From positions 1-37,731 of IMG/VR virus record IMGVR_UViG_3300020042_010726: 37,731 bases of DNA. One strand, 5' to 3'. This document shows positions 8,195 through 17,226 of this stretch, one piece after another. The position numbers were made by a program, and so were the translations under genes. The notes under the pieces are model-generated. The model ran no database searches. It was not told the origin of the DNA and saw only the letters and a list, made by a program, of their open reading frames with translations. Source of the DNA: a virus (Duplodnaviria; Caudoviricetes). Position 1 is the stretch's first letter; the number at the start of each line of letters is the position of its first letter.

Positions 8195-8655
8195 ATAATC
8201 CCAGCGTGTTGTGGCGTCCCACTCGAATAGTTAAACTTGGTATTCAAGTGGTAAGTCGTCGCAACAGCAATACTAACTCTTTTGATCGGAGTCAATACGT
8301 AGAGGGGTTGTCCTGCCATCCAAGGGGTGTACTGCGTAAAATCAAAGGGACCGATCCCCACACCTGTGGCACTATCAGATAATCCCACCCCGATAAAATC
8401 TGTCATCACGGCAGTATTTTCGGCAATAATCGCGTTGCCGAAAATTTCCCATACTCCGGGTTGTAGCAGTAGGCTCGTAGCGCTCCCCCACGCTCCTGAG
8501 GCTCCGACACCCACAGCTGTGAGTGCAGCGGTATTGGCTGACGAGAGCTCACCAACCTGACCAACACCTGCGTTGGATCCATCGGTGATCGGTGTCAATT
8601 GAGTCAGGGTCGGTGGGATCCCGCCTCCTTCAACGGGGACGACGATATAGGTCAT
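8173..8655 (-). CDS. Putative fibre-tip-like beta-sandwich protein, 160 aa
   Basis: GQVGE...SLLLQPGVWEI...TTYHLN pattern, as seen in fibre C-terminal domains. Confidence 0.6.
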   Translation of the reverse strand: MTYIVVPVEGGGIPPTLTQLTPITDGSNAGVGQVGELSSANTAALTAVGVGASGAWGSATSLLLQPGVWEIFGNAIIAENTAVMTDFIGVGLSDSATGVGIGPFDFTQYTPWMAGQPLYVLTPIKRVSIAVATTYHLNTKFNYSSGTPQHAGIIWAMRYS

Positions 8656-8656
8656 T

Positions 8657-8998
8657 TTAGGCTCCGGTGATCACGTTGTTTTTAGTGAATGCCAAAACCG
8701 TGATGTTGCCGGTCCCTGACGTGTAGTCCCAGAAAACTCGGAAGTAGCGGACGCCCGTGGGGTTTAGATCCCAAATATGCCCAGTGGACGCGGTCACGGC
8801 CTGGGACGCGCTCGGGTAGTTGAAGAAGGACACCCCGTCTACGGATCCTTGCAGGTAGAGGGTCCCCACAAGGTTACCAGCGCCTCCGGAAAACGCGACG
8901 TAGAAGGACGCAGTTGTCAGGTCTACTAGGTCTAAAGGCTGGCTAGTGACATCGAGAGCCGCATCGGTTGTTGAGACAATGGTAAAACTTCGTGCCAT
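8657..8998 (-). CDS. Small jelly-roll-like virion protein, 113 aa
   Basis: LQGSVDGVSF...RYFRV motif; GGAG SD. Confidence 0.6.
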   Translation of the reverse strand: MARSFTIVSTTDAALDVTSQPLDLVDLTTASFYVAFSGGAGNLVGTLYLQGSVDGVSFFNYPSASQAVTASTGHIWDLNPTGVRYFRVFWDYTSGTGNITVLAFTKNNVITGA

Positions 8999-9001
8999 AA
9001 A

Positions 9002-11179
9002 TTAGGGCTCCTCGCTGAGTGCTTTTCTGTATTCGGGGTCATTATTCCATAATAGGTGATGATATAACAGTACGCCTTTTGCTCCATAAGGTGCATATTT
9101 TTCAAAAATTTTCATGTACTTTTGAAATTGTGGTGAAGGGTTGTTCAATTTGTTTTCCAAGGCTTTTAAAGCTTGCCTTGCTGGGATCGCTTGGTCGAGT
9201 GCGATAGATTTATCTATGATCCCTCGCGCTATTTTTCCACCCCGCTTGCTCATAGCCATTCCAGCCATGGTACCGGCTCCAGTACCCACGATCGCTCCAG
9301 GAGCTCCACCTATTGCAGTGCCCAAAGTACCACCAAAACCAGCTATAGCTGGCACGATATAACCAGTAGAGGGTCTCTCCTGATCGAATCTTTTGAGTAC
9401 TCCCTGGTCTCTTATCTGTGTCTCATAGGGCAAGCTACCCTTAGGTCTTGGGACCATTTCGCCAAGTCTTGTCAATTGGTCTGCATATTCAGACCGGGAG
9501 GTTAATCCAGTAGGCGAATGCGATAAATTGTTGATTACTGTGTCCGCGCCAGTGTCCGTCAGACCTTTTATGTCTTTAGTTCTTAACTTGCTTTCGCTTA
9601 GATCATGCTCCGCCCAATTTAGGGCGTCAGATTCCTTCCTTAAATAACTTTCATCGCCTTCCGATTTTATTTTATTAGCAAAATCCCTTAACTCAAGTTT
9701 TTTATCGACCAGTTCTCCGATCTCAGGACTCTCGGACGCAGTCGCATAATTTCGCAATTTACGCTCAACGTCCTCCCCTATAACTGGAGTCCCTTGATGC
9801 AATGCTTTTAGTGTACTCGCCCCCTTTTGCGGGGTTGAAAACATCTCAGCAACCTCCTCCGATGCCTTCGCATAGGGAGCCATAATGTCCATGATTTGAC
9901 GGTATTCTGATTTTGGAGACCCTGGTAAATTTTCCTCGCCTTGTTTTTTTAAAAAATCACTGACTCTCTCAGAGATATTTTTGGAGTGTTTACTTAATTG
10001 CGTGTCATATACCCCTGGGCTTAACTGAAAATTCCCTAATTCACTTCGCACTGATTGCATCCAATCTCTTAACATTGGACCATTCATGAGTGGACCTTTT
10101 TCGTCCAAACGGATCAGTAAATCCTGTAAATTGGCCCTTCTTTGAGCCTCAGGAGCGGTATTGACCTTTATCGAGTCAATTTCATCCTGCACTAACTGTT
10201 TGACGTGACTAGTTCTGACTTTGATTTTAAGCTTGCCTAATGCCTCGTCAGCTGCGTTGCTTAAATAACCCTGCATAGCCTTATCTTCATCGACGAGTTT
10301 TTGAAATGCTTCTACTTCGTCAAGAGAAGGATTCATGCCTTCATTTATTTTGTCAGTTAATGTTTTTTTGGCTTGGGCTAGTGCGTCCTTCGTCTCTCTA
10401 ACTCTAATCTCTGCTTTTTTAACTTGATTATGGACGACATCAGCATCATTCAAAATATCTTGTTTGATCGGATCGAAGCCAGTAAATTCCCCTCCCTTTA
10501 ATCGACCCTGGTTTTCAACATAATAGTTAAAATCGTCTGGTTTTACTTGGCCAAGAAATTGCGCTCCGGCTCTGACCGCAGCTTTAGGTGCTCTTCTGGC
10601 TCCCGATGCTGTAGATGATAGAGCCTTCTGTAGATAATGGCCTGTTTTACCGAAAGGAATCAGGTTAACTGGGTCTGCAGCGGTCCCTACCAGTGCACCT
10701 GTAATGTCAGCTAGACTAGACTTGCCTTCCTTAAATCGAGCATTGGGATTGCCAAAATTTTCCAAATCAGGTACGGAGAGCGGTTTTTCCGACACCCCGT
10801 AATTTCCCATCAGCTTACCCCACGTCGGTGCTGTGGTCGGGTCTTTTCCAAACTGTCCTGCTACAGCGCCAGCGATCTCTGGGACATTTTCAAAAGCGAA
10901 TGCTTTAGGAGGCACCCAATTAGCACCTTGGTTTTGCTCCTCCACACTGAGCTCCTGCGCCTTTTTGACCCCTGCACGAAGGGGAGCGCCTACATAGGAG
11001 TCAGCAAACTCCGATATGGCTCCAATGGGAGCTACTAGGCTTCCCCACGCTCTTTTTGGTGCTTCATTAGCAAAACTTTCTATAGGACCTTGCTCCTTGC
11101 GCATTATTTCTAGTTCTTCGCGCTTGCTCAAAGGTCCTTGCTGTTTTCGCAAAAGTTCTAGTTCTTCGCGTGGAGTCAT
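9002..11179 (-). CDS. Putative internal virion/DNA ejection protein, 725 aa
   Basis: Helical and charged, with a glycine-zipper hydrophobic segment (GFGGTLGTAIGGAPGAIVGTGAG); located after the portal. Confidence 0.6.
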   Translation of the reverse strand: MTPREELELLRKQQGPLSKREELEIMRKEQGPIESFANEAPKRAWGSLVAPIGAISEFADSYVGAPLRAGVKKAQELSVEEQNQGANWVPPKAFAFENVPEIAGAVAGQFGKDPTTAPTWGKLMGNYGVSEKPLSVPDLENFGNPNARFKEGKSSLADITGALVGTAADPVNLIPFGKTGHYLQKALSSTASGARRAPKAAVRAGAQFLGQVKPDDFNYYVENQGRLKGGEFTGFDPIKQDILNDADVVHNQVKKAEIRVRETKDALAQAKKTLTDKINEGMNPSLDEVEAFQKLVDEDKAMQGYLSNAADEALGKLKIKVRTSHVKQLVQDEIDSIKVNTAPEAQRRANLQDLLIRLDEKGPLMNGPMLRDWMQSVRSELGNFQLSPGVYDTQLSKHSKNISERVSDFLKKQGEENLPGSPKSEYRQIMDIMAPYAKASEEVAEMFSTPQKGASTLKALHQGTPVIGEDVERKLRNYATASESPEIGELVDKKLELRDFANKIKSEGDESYLRKESDALNWAEHDLSESKLRTKDIKGLTDTGADTVINNLSHSPTGLTSRSEYADQLTRLGEMVPRPKGSLPYETQIRDQGVLKRFDQERPSTGYIVPAIAGFGGTLGTAIGGAPGAIVGTGAGTMAGMAMSKRGGKIARGIIDKSIALDQAIPARQALKALENKLNNPSPQFQKYMKIFEKYAPYGAKGVLLYHHLLWNNDPEYRKALSEEP

Positions 11180-12174
11180 TTTGGTTTTGCTCCCTGTTTG
11201 GACTTACGCAAATTATATTCTTTTAATTCTTCTGGGGTGAGATCCGAGCCTCCCGCTGGCTGGGTACTACCTTGCGCTGGTCCAGGACCCATGGGAAGCT
11301 TTACATCGCTATCTAAGTCCTCCATGGTCAGTAGCGGCCAACCCTTTTCCGCTCGCACCCTATTAGCTGCGTTAAGAACTAGTTCCTTAGTTTTTTCCAT
11401 AGCCATTTTAAAGGGCTCTGGGTCCATAGCTACAGTCGGCATAGAAGCAGCAATATTTTTTCGCTCGGAGTCCGATGCAGCTGATCCCGACAGTTCTTTA
11501 ACGCGCTCTTGTAGAGCTACCTTAGTATCAAAAAGCAATCTGCTAAATTCTGGCGATACGGTTTTACCAGCCGACGCCCATTTCTCATACAACCGGCCTT
11601 TTACAGGACCAGCATAACCGTCTTTGTATGCCTTATCAAAATCGGCTTGCATGCGCTTAAATAGTCCAGCGTTTTGCTGTAGACCTATGGTTGCCGCTGT
11701 TGCTTGCCCATCGCCTTTAGACATCACGGTAGGCTTCGGAGCCGCTGTAGGTCTTACAGTAGGGACGGGACCTTGTATCCCACTTGATCGCACTCCCCCG
11801 TCAGGATCCTGATATAGATATTCGTTTGCCGTGTTGCGTTGGGGTAGCAATTTGCCGATTTGCGATTTAGGCTGATTTTTAGTCAGGTATGCCAGGATTC
11901 TAGGATCCAAATTTCTCTCTTTTTCAATCTGCATAGCCGACTCTTTGAGTGGCTGTAGCATGCGCTGGCTTGCTTCGATATACGGAGATGCATCCGGAGT
12001 TTTCCCATGGACGGTACCCAGCTGGGCCATTCCCCCAGCGAACCCACCCAGGGTCGCAGAGTCGATAGCGGCCTTTGAATATTCGTCGTAAGGATCATCG
12101 GCACCCCTCTCGTTTTGCATTTGAGAGAGGAGTTTTCTGCGGACCATATCGTCCATTTTGTAATTATTCATCAT
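11176..12174 (-). CDS. Putative ejection protein, 332 aa
   Basis: Start moved to MMNNYK (AAGGAG SD); Gly-rich amphipathic N-terminal region. Confidence 0.6.
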   Translation of the reverse strand: MMNNYKMDDMVRRKLLSQMQNERGADDPYDEYSKAAIDSATLGGFAGGMAQLGTVHGKTPDASPYIEASQRMLQPLKESAMQIEKERNLDPRILAYLTKNQPKSQIGKLLPQRNTANEYLYQDPDGGVRSSGIQGPVPTVRPTAAPKPTVMSKGDGQATAATIGLQQNAGLFKRMQADFDKAYKDGYAGPVKGRLYEKWASAGKTVSPEFSRLLFDTKVALQERVKELSGSAASDSERKNIAASMPTVAMDPEPFKMAMEKTKELVLNAANRVRAEKGWPLLTMEDLDSDVKLPMGPGPAQGSTQPAGGSDLTPEELKEYNLRKSKQGAKPK

Positions 12175-13489
12175 AGATGGATCTCCTTTTTTTGCGATCA
12201 GGGTCAGACATCCAGCTACCTTTTTTGTCAAAATAAGCGCGATCATCTGCAGAGGTTTGCTGATCTCCCCACTGATTCCTTCTTTGCTGTCCTTCATACA
12301 TACTGCTAGCGGCATTGGTTACGCCTTGAACCTGGGTCGCCCTGTCTACATCAGCTTGCCTTGCCGCATCCCGACCCATGCCAAGCGCACCTGACATCCC
12401 ACCTGCCCAGCGATATTGATCGTCAAATTGCTGTCCAGCGATCCTATTCCGGTCGGCTCTTTGCTTCGCGGCCCAGTTGGCTTTGCGCTCAGCTATATCG
12501 TTCTGGAAGCCTCGCTCGCTTCGCTCCATTCCGTAGCGCTCGCGAGCAATATCGTCCGATCTATTACGCTCCCCTCTCGCCCACTCAGCGCCGTATTTTG
12601 TCAGGCTGTCGCTTCGATCGAGATTTGATTCTTGTGCGCGGTTACGATTCATCACGTTTCGGTTGGATACATCTTGCTCGTTTGCCAGGTTGGTCCGCTG
12701 CGCCTCATTCATCGACAGAGCGCGACGGTTTTCATAATCCTGACGGGTCGAAGCCATTCTTCTATTAAAATCATTTATGATTGAAGCGTTTTTATCCGCT
12801 AGATTCATCTCTTGACCATAAATCTGCCCACCGAGATTTGCTCCCGAGGCTAAGGCTTCAAGCCTCCTCCTCTGCGCATCGCTCGCAGCTTGCATTTGCG
12901 CTAAAGCTTGCTGATTACCAGCGGCCTGTCCAGCTTGCATCTCCCCAGCAAATTGCATTCCTGCGCCCAGCTGTCCCCGCCTTGCAAAACTCTGCTCCAA
13001 AGCTTGCTGTCTACCTCGGGTGTCCATACCTGCTTGCTGACGAGCATTAAAAGCAGCTTGCGCAGATATTGCATCATCTCCCGTCTCCCCCATGGCCATG
13101 TAGCGTTCAAGGGCTTTGCGCTGTGCATCGCGGCCTTGCATCGCTTGTTGACTCTGCTTTACCAGTTCGGGTGATTGCTCGGCAATGTAGGGCGCTAGCT
13201 CTGGGGTATACTTCCCGACGATTTTTAGGTCCTCGGGAGTCAGCCGCGACGTGTCGAATTTTGGAGCCTGGGCTGGGTCCGAAAACCTGGGCTGGGCAAG
13301 GACTTGCTCATGATATTCGGGAGGGGCGTCGATTGAGACATCATAGTCGGGCGGTTTGATTTTTTCAAAAAGACTCCGGATCTCTTTGAGCCGTTGCCTG
13401 TCAGCGCCTCTCGCCTTTTCCGCGTTGTAAGCGTTGACGACGGCTCCTACCGACATCGCTCCGACTATGCCGATTGTTAATGGGTCCAT
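12164..13489 (-). CDS. Putative DNA transfer/pilot protein, 441 aa
   Basis: MDPLTIGIVGA hydrophobic N-terminus followed by Q/A/R-rich coiled coil, typical of podoviral pilot proteins. Confidence 0.65.
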   Translation of the reverse strand: MDPLTIGIVGAMSVGAVVNAYNAEKARGADRQRLKEIRSLFEKIKPPDYDVSIDAPPEYHEQVLAQPRFSDPAQAPKFDTSRLTPEDLKIVGKYTPELAPYIAEQSPELVKQSQQAMQGRDAQRKALERYMAMGETGDDAISAQAAFNARQQAGMDTRGRQQALEQSFARRGQLGAGMQFAGEMQAGQAAGNQQALAQMQAASDAQRRRLEALASGANLGGQIYGQEMNLADKNASIINDFNRRMASTRQDYENRRALSMNEAQRTNLANEQDVSNRNVMNRNRAQESNLDRSDSLTKYGAEWARGERNRSDDIARERYGMERSERGFQNDIAERKANWAAKQRADRNRIAGQQFDDQYRWAGGMSGALGMGRDAARQADVDRATQVQGVTNAASSMYEGQQRRNQWGDQQTSADDRAYFDKKGSWMSDPDRKKRRSIYDE

Positions 13490-15268
13490 TTATAATGCCG
13501 TCCTTCCGTATTTGCCGAATGGTCCTGCTAAGGGATCATTCGGATCGTCTATTGGTGTAACTCCAGGAGGGAATAGCTCAGGGTAGAATGGGATCGTCTC
13601 GGGATTGGTGTCGATTTTAATCTGGCCAATTTGCCCTGGGTTTGGCCGTTGTACAGGAGTCCCTGGCATTCCTGGCATTCCCCTAATTGCTTGGCGCAGC
13701 GCTTCACGGTAACCAGCATCGTCCCAAGTATACCGTTGAGCTCCGGCCTTACCTCCGGCTCGATATCTTGTCGGGTCCATAAGTTCTTCGGCGATTTGAT
13801 TCATCTCGATCGCCTCGGCCTCTGTGAGAAATTCCTCGGGGTTGCCATAACCAGGACCTAGGTCTTTGAAGAATTGGTTGATATCGACCATGTTGGGGTC
13901 TATGTCTCCGAATCCAAATTCACGACCTACTTGTCCAGCGGAGGCATTTGCAAAAGTCCTTGGATCCGGTAGAGGAGCGTTGAATTTACCCATAGCCTCC
14001 ACAATACGATCGACGATCTCCTTTTTTCTCCCCTGCGCTTTGGTGTCCGCAGCTTCGTTTATTCCTGATGCTTTTCCAAAGAGCGCTTTAATGTAGTCCT
14101 CTGTTTTAAAGCTTGCTGGACCAGCCGGTTTAGAACCAGCGACTTTTGCCGCTCCACCTTGACCTAAAAGGCCCATGATAGCGTTGAATCGGGTCGCTTC
14201 CTTCTCGTCGAAGAAATTATCGGCAGTTATCCCTGCCGTACTCGATACGTTTAAAAAGCTAGCAGGATCGATCCCGAATGCGGCCATGGCTTCAGGGGTT
14301 AGGTATTTCGCAAGGTCTGGCCTCTCAATTTTTACCTCATTAATCCGCTTAGAGATCTCCGGATTTTTGAGGGATTCATCGACAAAAGCCGCTCTTCTTG
14401 CGGGATCCTCGCTCATGGCTTTTACGTCGCCCTGAAAACCTTCTAGCTCCTTAGTTTGAGCACCCTCGATAATAGCTTTTTGATCATTAAGAAACTTCTT
14501 GATCGCAGTTTGAGCCGTGGTCAGATTTTCTTTACCGGCCTTTGCGACTTGCGCCTGGACCCCAGTGTCCTGGTCGGCATAACCTGTTGCTTTTTTAGTC
14601 AGGTCTTGTTGGCGACCCTCTAAATTCCTCAGGGTCTCGTAAAATTGGGGATCGGACCGAAGTACACCCGTGTCGAAAACAGCCTGACCAGCTGAGTAGC
14701 TCGGACCATACTGGCTTCGCAGGTAACCGGATATTCCTGGGGTCGATTTAAAATTCTCGATGTCCTCGATATTGTAGTCAGTCTGAGGAGCCCACGCTTT
14801 AACAGGCTTGGGAGCCGCTTGCGAGATTGTGGTCGCCACTTTGCTTCGCTTGTCAGCATCACCCCCAATGGCCGCTTCGACATCGGCATCAGGGATATCG
14901 TAAGTCTGGTCGGCCTTGCCCGTCTCAACATACTTATTAGCCTCCTCTTGCAGCTTCGTGTCTGCAGCTGTCAGGTTGGCTGATGTCTGCGACATGGCCG
15001 GCATGACACCCTGGGCTTTAGGCTGTTTTTGCGCAGCTTCATAGGCTCTCTGGGCACCTGCGTTTTGTTGCTGGGGAGTCGCGAAGCTTTTGGGAGATCC
15101 CCCGGATCCGGAGCTAATATCACCCTCGATGCTCGACTTCACCTCGCCTTGCGTCCCTTGGGTCGATTGCACCTGGCTGTCGCCTTGCTGGGCGTTCGGA
15201 TCTCCCCCAAAGATATTGGCCTTTGGGTTGTTCATTTGATTCATGATTTTTTCAAAAGCGTAGGCCAT
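13490..15268 (-). CDS. Putative internal virion protein, 592 aa
   Basis: A/Q-rich helical protein with a Pro-rich tail; TAATG-coupled to the portal gene. Confidence 0.55.
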   Translation of the reverse strand: MAYAFEKIMNQMNNPKANIFGGDPNAQQGDSQVQSTQGTQGEVKSSIEGDISSGSGGSPKSFATPQQQNAGAQRAYEAAQKQPKAQGVMPAMSQTSANLTAADTKLQEEANKYVETGKADQTYDIPDADVEAAIGGDADKRSKVATTISQAAPKPVKAWAPQTDYNIEDIENFKSTPGISGYLRSQYGPSYSAGQAVFDTGVLRSDPQFYETLRNLEGRQQDLTKKATGYADQDTGVQAQVAKAGKENLTTAQTAIKKFLNDQKAIIEGAQTKELEGFQGDVKAMSEDPARRAAFVDESLKNPEISKRINEVKIERPDLAKYLTPEAMAAFGIDPASFLNVSSTAGITADNFFDEKEATRFNAIMGLLGQGGAAKVAGSKPAGPASFKTEDYIKALFGKASGINEAADTKAQGRKKEIVDRIVEAMGKFNAPLPDPRTFANASAGQVGREFGFGDIDPNMVDINQFFKDLGPGYGNPEEFLTEAEAIEMNQIAEELMDPTRYRAGGKAGAQRYTWDDAGYREALRQAIRGMPGMPGTPVQRPNPGQIGQIKIDTNPETIPFYPELFPPGVTPIDDPNDPLAGPFGKYGRTAL

Positions 15269-17226
15269 TATCTGACTCCTTCTAAGAGATCATCAGCTGG
15301 CTGGGCTGTCGGTAGTGCTGGCATGTCCTCGACCTGAGACCCGTCCATTTCACCACCTTCGGGAGGCATGGGGGGAGGAGGAGCTCCAAGTCCACCTTCA
15401 GGCATTTTGCCAGTCCTGATCATGGCCGTAAGCGTAGGATCCTGGTCCATAGCCAGCCTGTAATGCTCCTGAATATGCTCGAGGAAAATCTGGTTATACT
15501 GTCCATGTAAGCGGATTCTTGGATCATTTAGAGCGCCAGCATGTTTTTTCATATGTTTTGGGTGATCGTCAGTGATCAAACTCGGCACCTGATTGCCCTT
15601 GGACATCTCCTCGTTTTCTGCCTCAATCAAGTCGTCCTCGGACAACTCGTCCTTTGTCAGGTTGTTTAAGGGCTGACCCTCGAGTATAGAGACATAATCC
15701 CCCCACAAATCCCTAGGCATTTGTAAGAGTTTTTCAGATATCTCAAGGCGACCCGCAATTGTTTGCATAAGCGGGTTTTGCATGCCGATCCGGATCCCAG
15801 CAATCGACTTGAGATCCGCGCCCGTGTAGGACTTTGCTGTCAGCTGGTTGTTAGTCCCCGACATCATCACCTTACGCTCAATACCACTGCCAAAAGTAAC
15901 AAGACAGTTAAGAGCATGTTTAACTGATCGGGATATACAATCATTCATCGCTTCTTGAAGGGATGTCGTAAACTCAATTGCATTTGCTGAGAGTGTCGCA
16001 ATCGCAACACCTGACGAGGCTCCGGAAGGAGGAGCGCCTCGTAATGCACCATTCAAGTTTATCATTTTCATCATCTGATTTTCCATAAAATCAGCGAATT
16101 TATAGTTATCCGGCGATGATGACATCAGATTTAGGACTTCGGGTTTACCACCACCTGGAATATTTTGTGGAGTGTAAAAAGTAAACCGCATCCCCCCTAT
16201 TTCCTGCACGTTAACATTTGCGGAGCGAGGGACCGCGATGTTTTGGACGGCAAATGCTGACAGGTTGGTCGCCTGGGCTGAGATCGAGTTGTCGAACATC
16301 TCCTGACATGCCATGAGGTTTGAATACTGGGGATATCCGAGAGTCGCGCCCATGACTTGCTCGGGGATCATTGGCTCTACGGGGATAGTTCCATATGCGT
16401 TATGACCATCGTAATAGATGCACTTCGGCCCAGAATACATGATCATGCGACCCTTTGGGATCGCAGCGCATGGTCTGACGTAGAGCTCCCAACAGTAAAT
16501 CATGTCGTCATTTTGAGTTACCCGCTCAAACCATGACCTGACACCTGAGACGGTAGCCATGGCAGGAATTGCAAGGATCTCGTCGGTCAATTCAGGATGC
16601 TGGGCGATCAAATCCCACCGGCTTTTCACGGTCCGGACTTCTACCCATGGGACATCGTCCCACACGGGGATAGTGCTGTCGTAATAGACATCGAAGGGAG
16701 TATGGACTGTCATGTCCACTTGCCCTTCGTAAATCACAGCACCGTCCTCGTCTAGGATCGGCTCATTATCGCCCTTATCTGTCCGCAGTCGGGTATACAT
16801 AAAGGCTATACCCGCGACGATCGCGCATTCTGTCAGCTGTTTTTTCTTATGGTCTAATCTCTGGGTCTCGACAATCTGCGCAGCGACCGCGTTGCCGAGT
16901 TTAATGGTGTCCATGATCTCGTTATTCATGACTTCCGCGAGGGCTTTAAGACTCAGGGGATTTTTAGTCACAAGTGTGACCATTTGCCTGGTCATAGTCC
17001 GGGCTTGAGGGGTATACATCCGGACGAGTTCGCCTTGGAGTCCCTCAAATATCAAAGACGTGTCCCAGGATCCGGGATGCAATATAGGGGAGTAGTAGGC
17101 CAGGATATTGCGGACCCACGCGGTCCTAAAGGGTGATGTTGAGTAGATCCCCCACTCGTTATGAATCTTCGCGAGTTGATCACAGATTTTATCGCCTTCG
17201 CCTAATAGCCAAAATTCATTTTTCAT
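15268..17226 (-). CDS. Portal protein (P22-like), 652 aa
   Basis: Size, TPFDVYYD, LRGAPPSGASSGVAIATL, DDHPKHMKKH and Pro/Met-rich tail. Confidence 0.85.
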   Translation of the reverse strand: MKNEFWLLGEGDKICDQLAKIHNEWGIYSTSPFRTAWVRNILAYYSPILHPGSWDTSLIFEGLQGELVRMYTPQARTMTRQMVTLVTKNPLSLKALAEVMNNEIMDTIKLGNAVAAQIVETQRLDHKKKQLTECAIVAGIAFMYTRLRTDKGDNEPILDEDGAVIYEGQVDMTVHTPFDVYYDSTIPVWDDVPWVEVRTVKSRWDLIAQHPELTDEILAIPAMATVSGVRSWFERVTQNDDMIYCWELYVRPCAAIPKGRMIMYSGPKCIYYDGHNAYGTIPVEPMIPEQVMGATLGYPQYSNLMACQEMFDNSISAQATNLSAFAVQNIAVPRSANVNVQEIGGMRFTFYTPQNIPGGGKPEVLNLMSSSPDNYKFADFMENQMMKMINLNGALRGAPPSGASSGVAIATLSANAIEFTTSLQEAMNDCISRSVKHALNCLVTFGSGIERKVMMSGTNNQLTAKSYTGADLKSIAGIRIGMQNPLMQTIAGRLEISEKLLQMPRDLWGDYVSILEGQPLNNLTKDELSEDDLIEAENEEMSKGNQVPSLITDDHPKHMKKHAGALNDPRIRLHGQYNQIFLEHIQEHYRLAMDQDPTLTAMIRTGKMPEGGLGAPPPPMPPEGGEMDGSQVEDMPALPTAQPADDLLEGVR

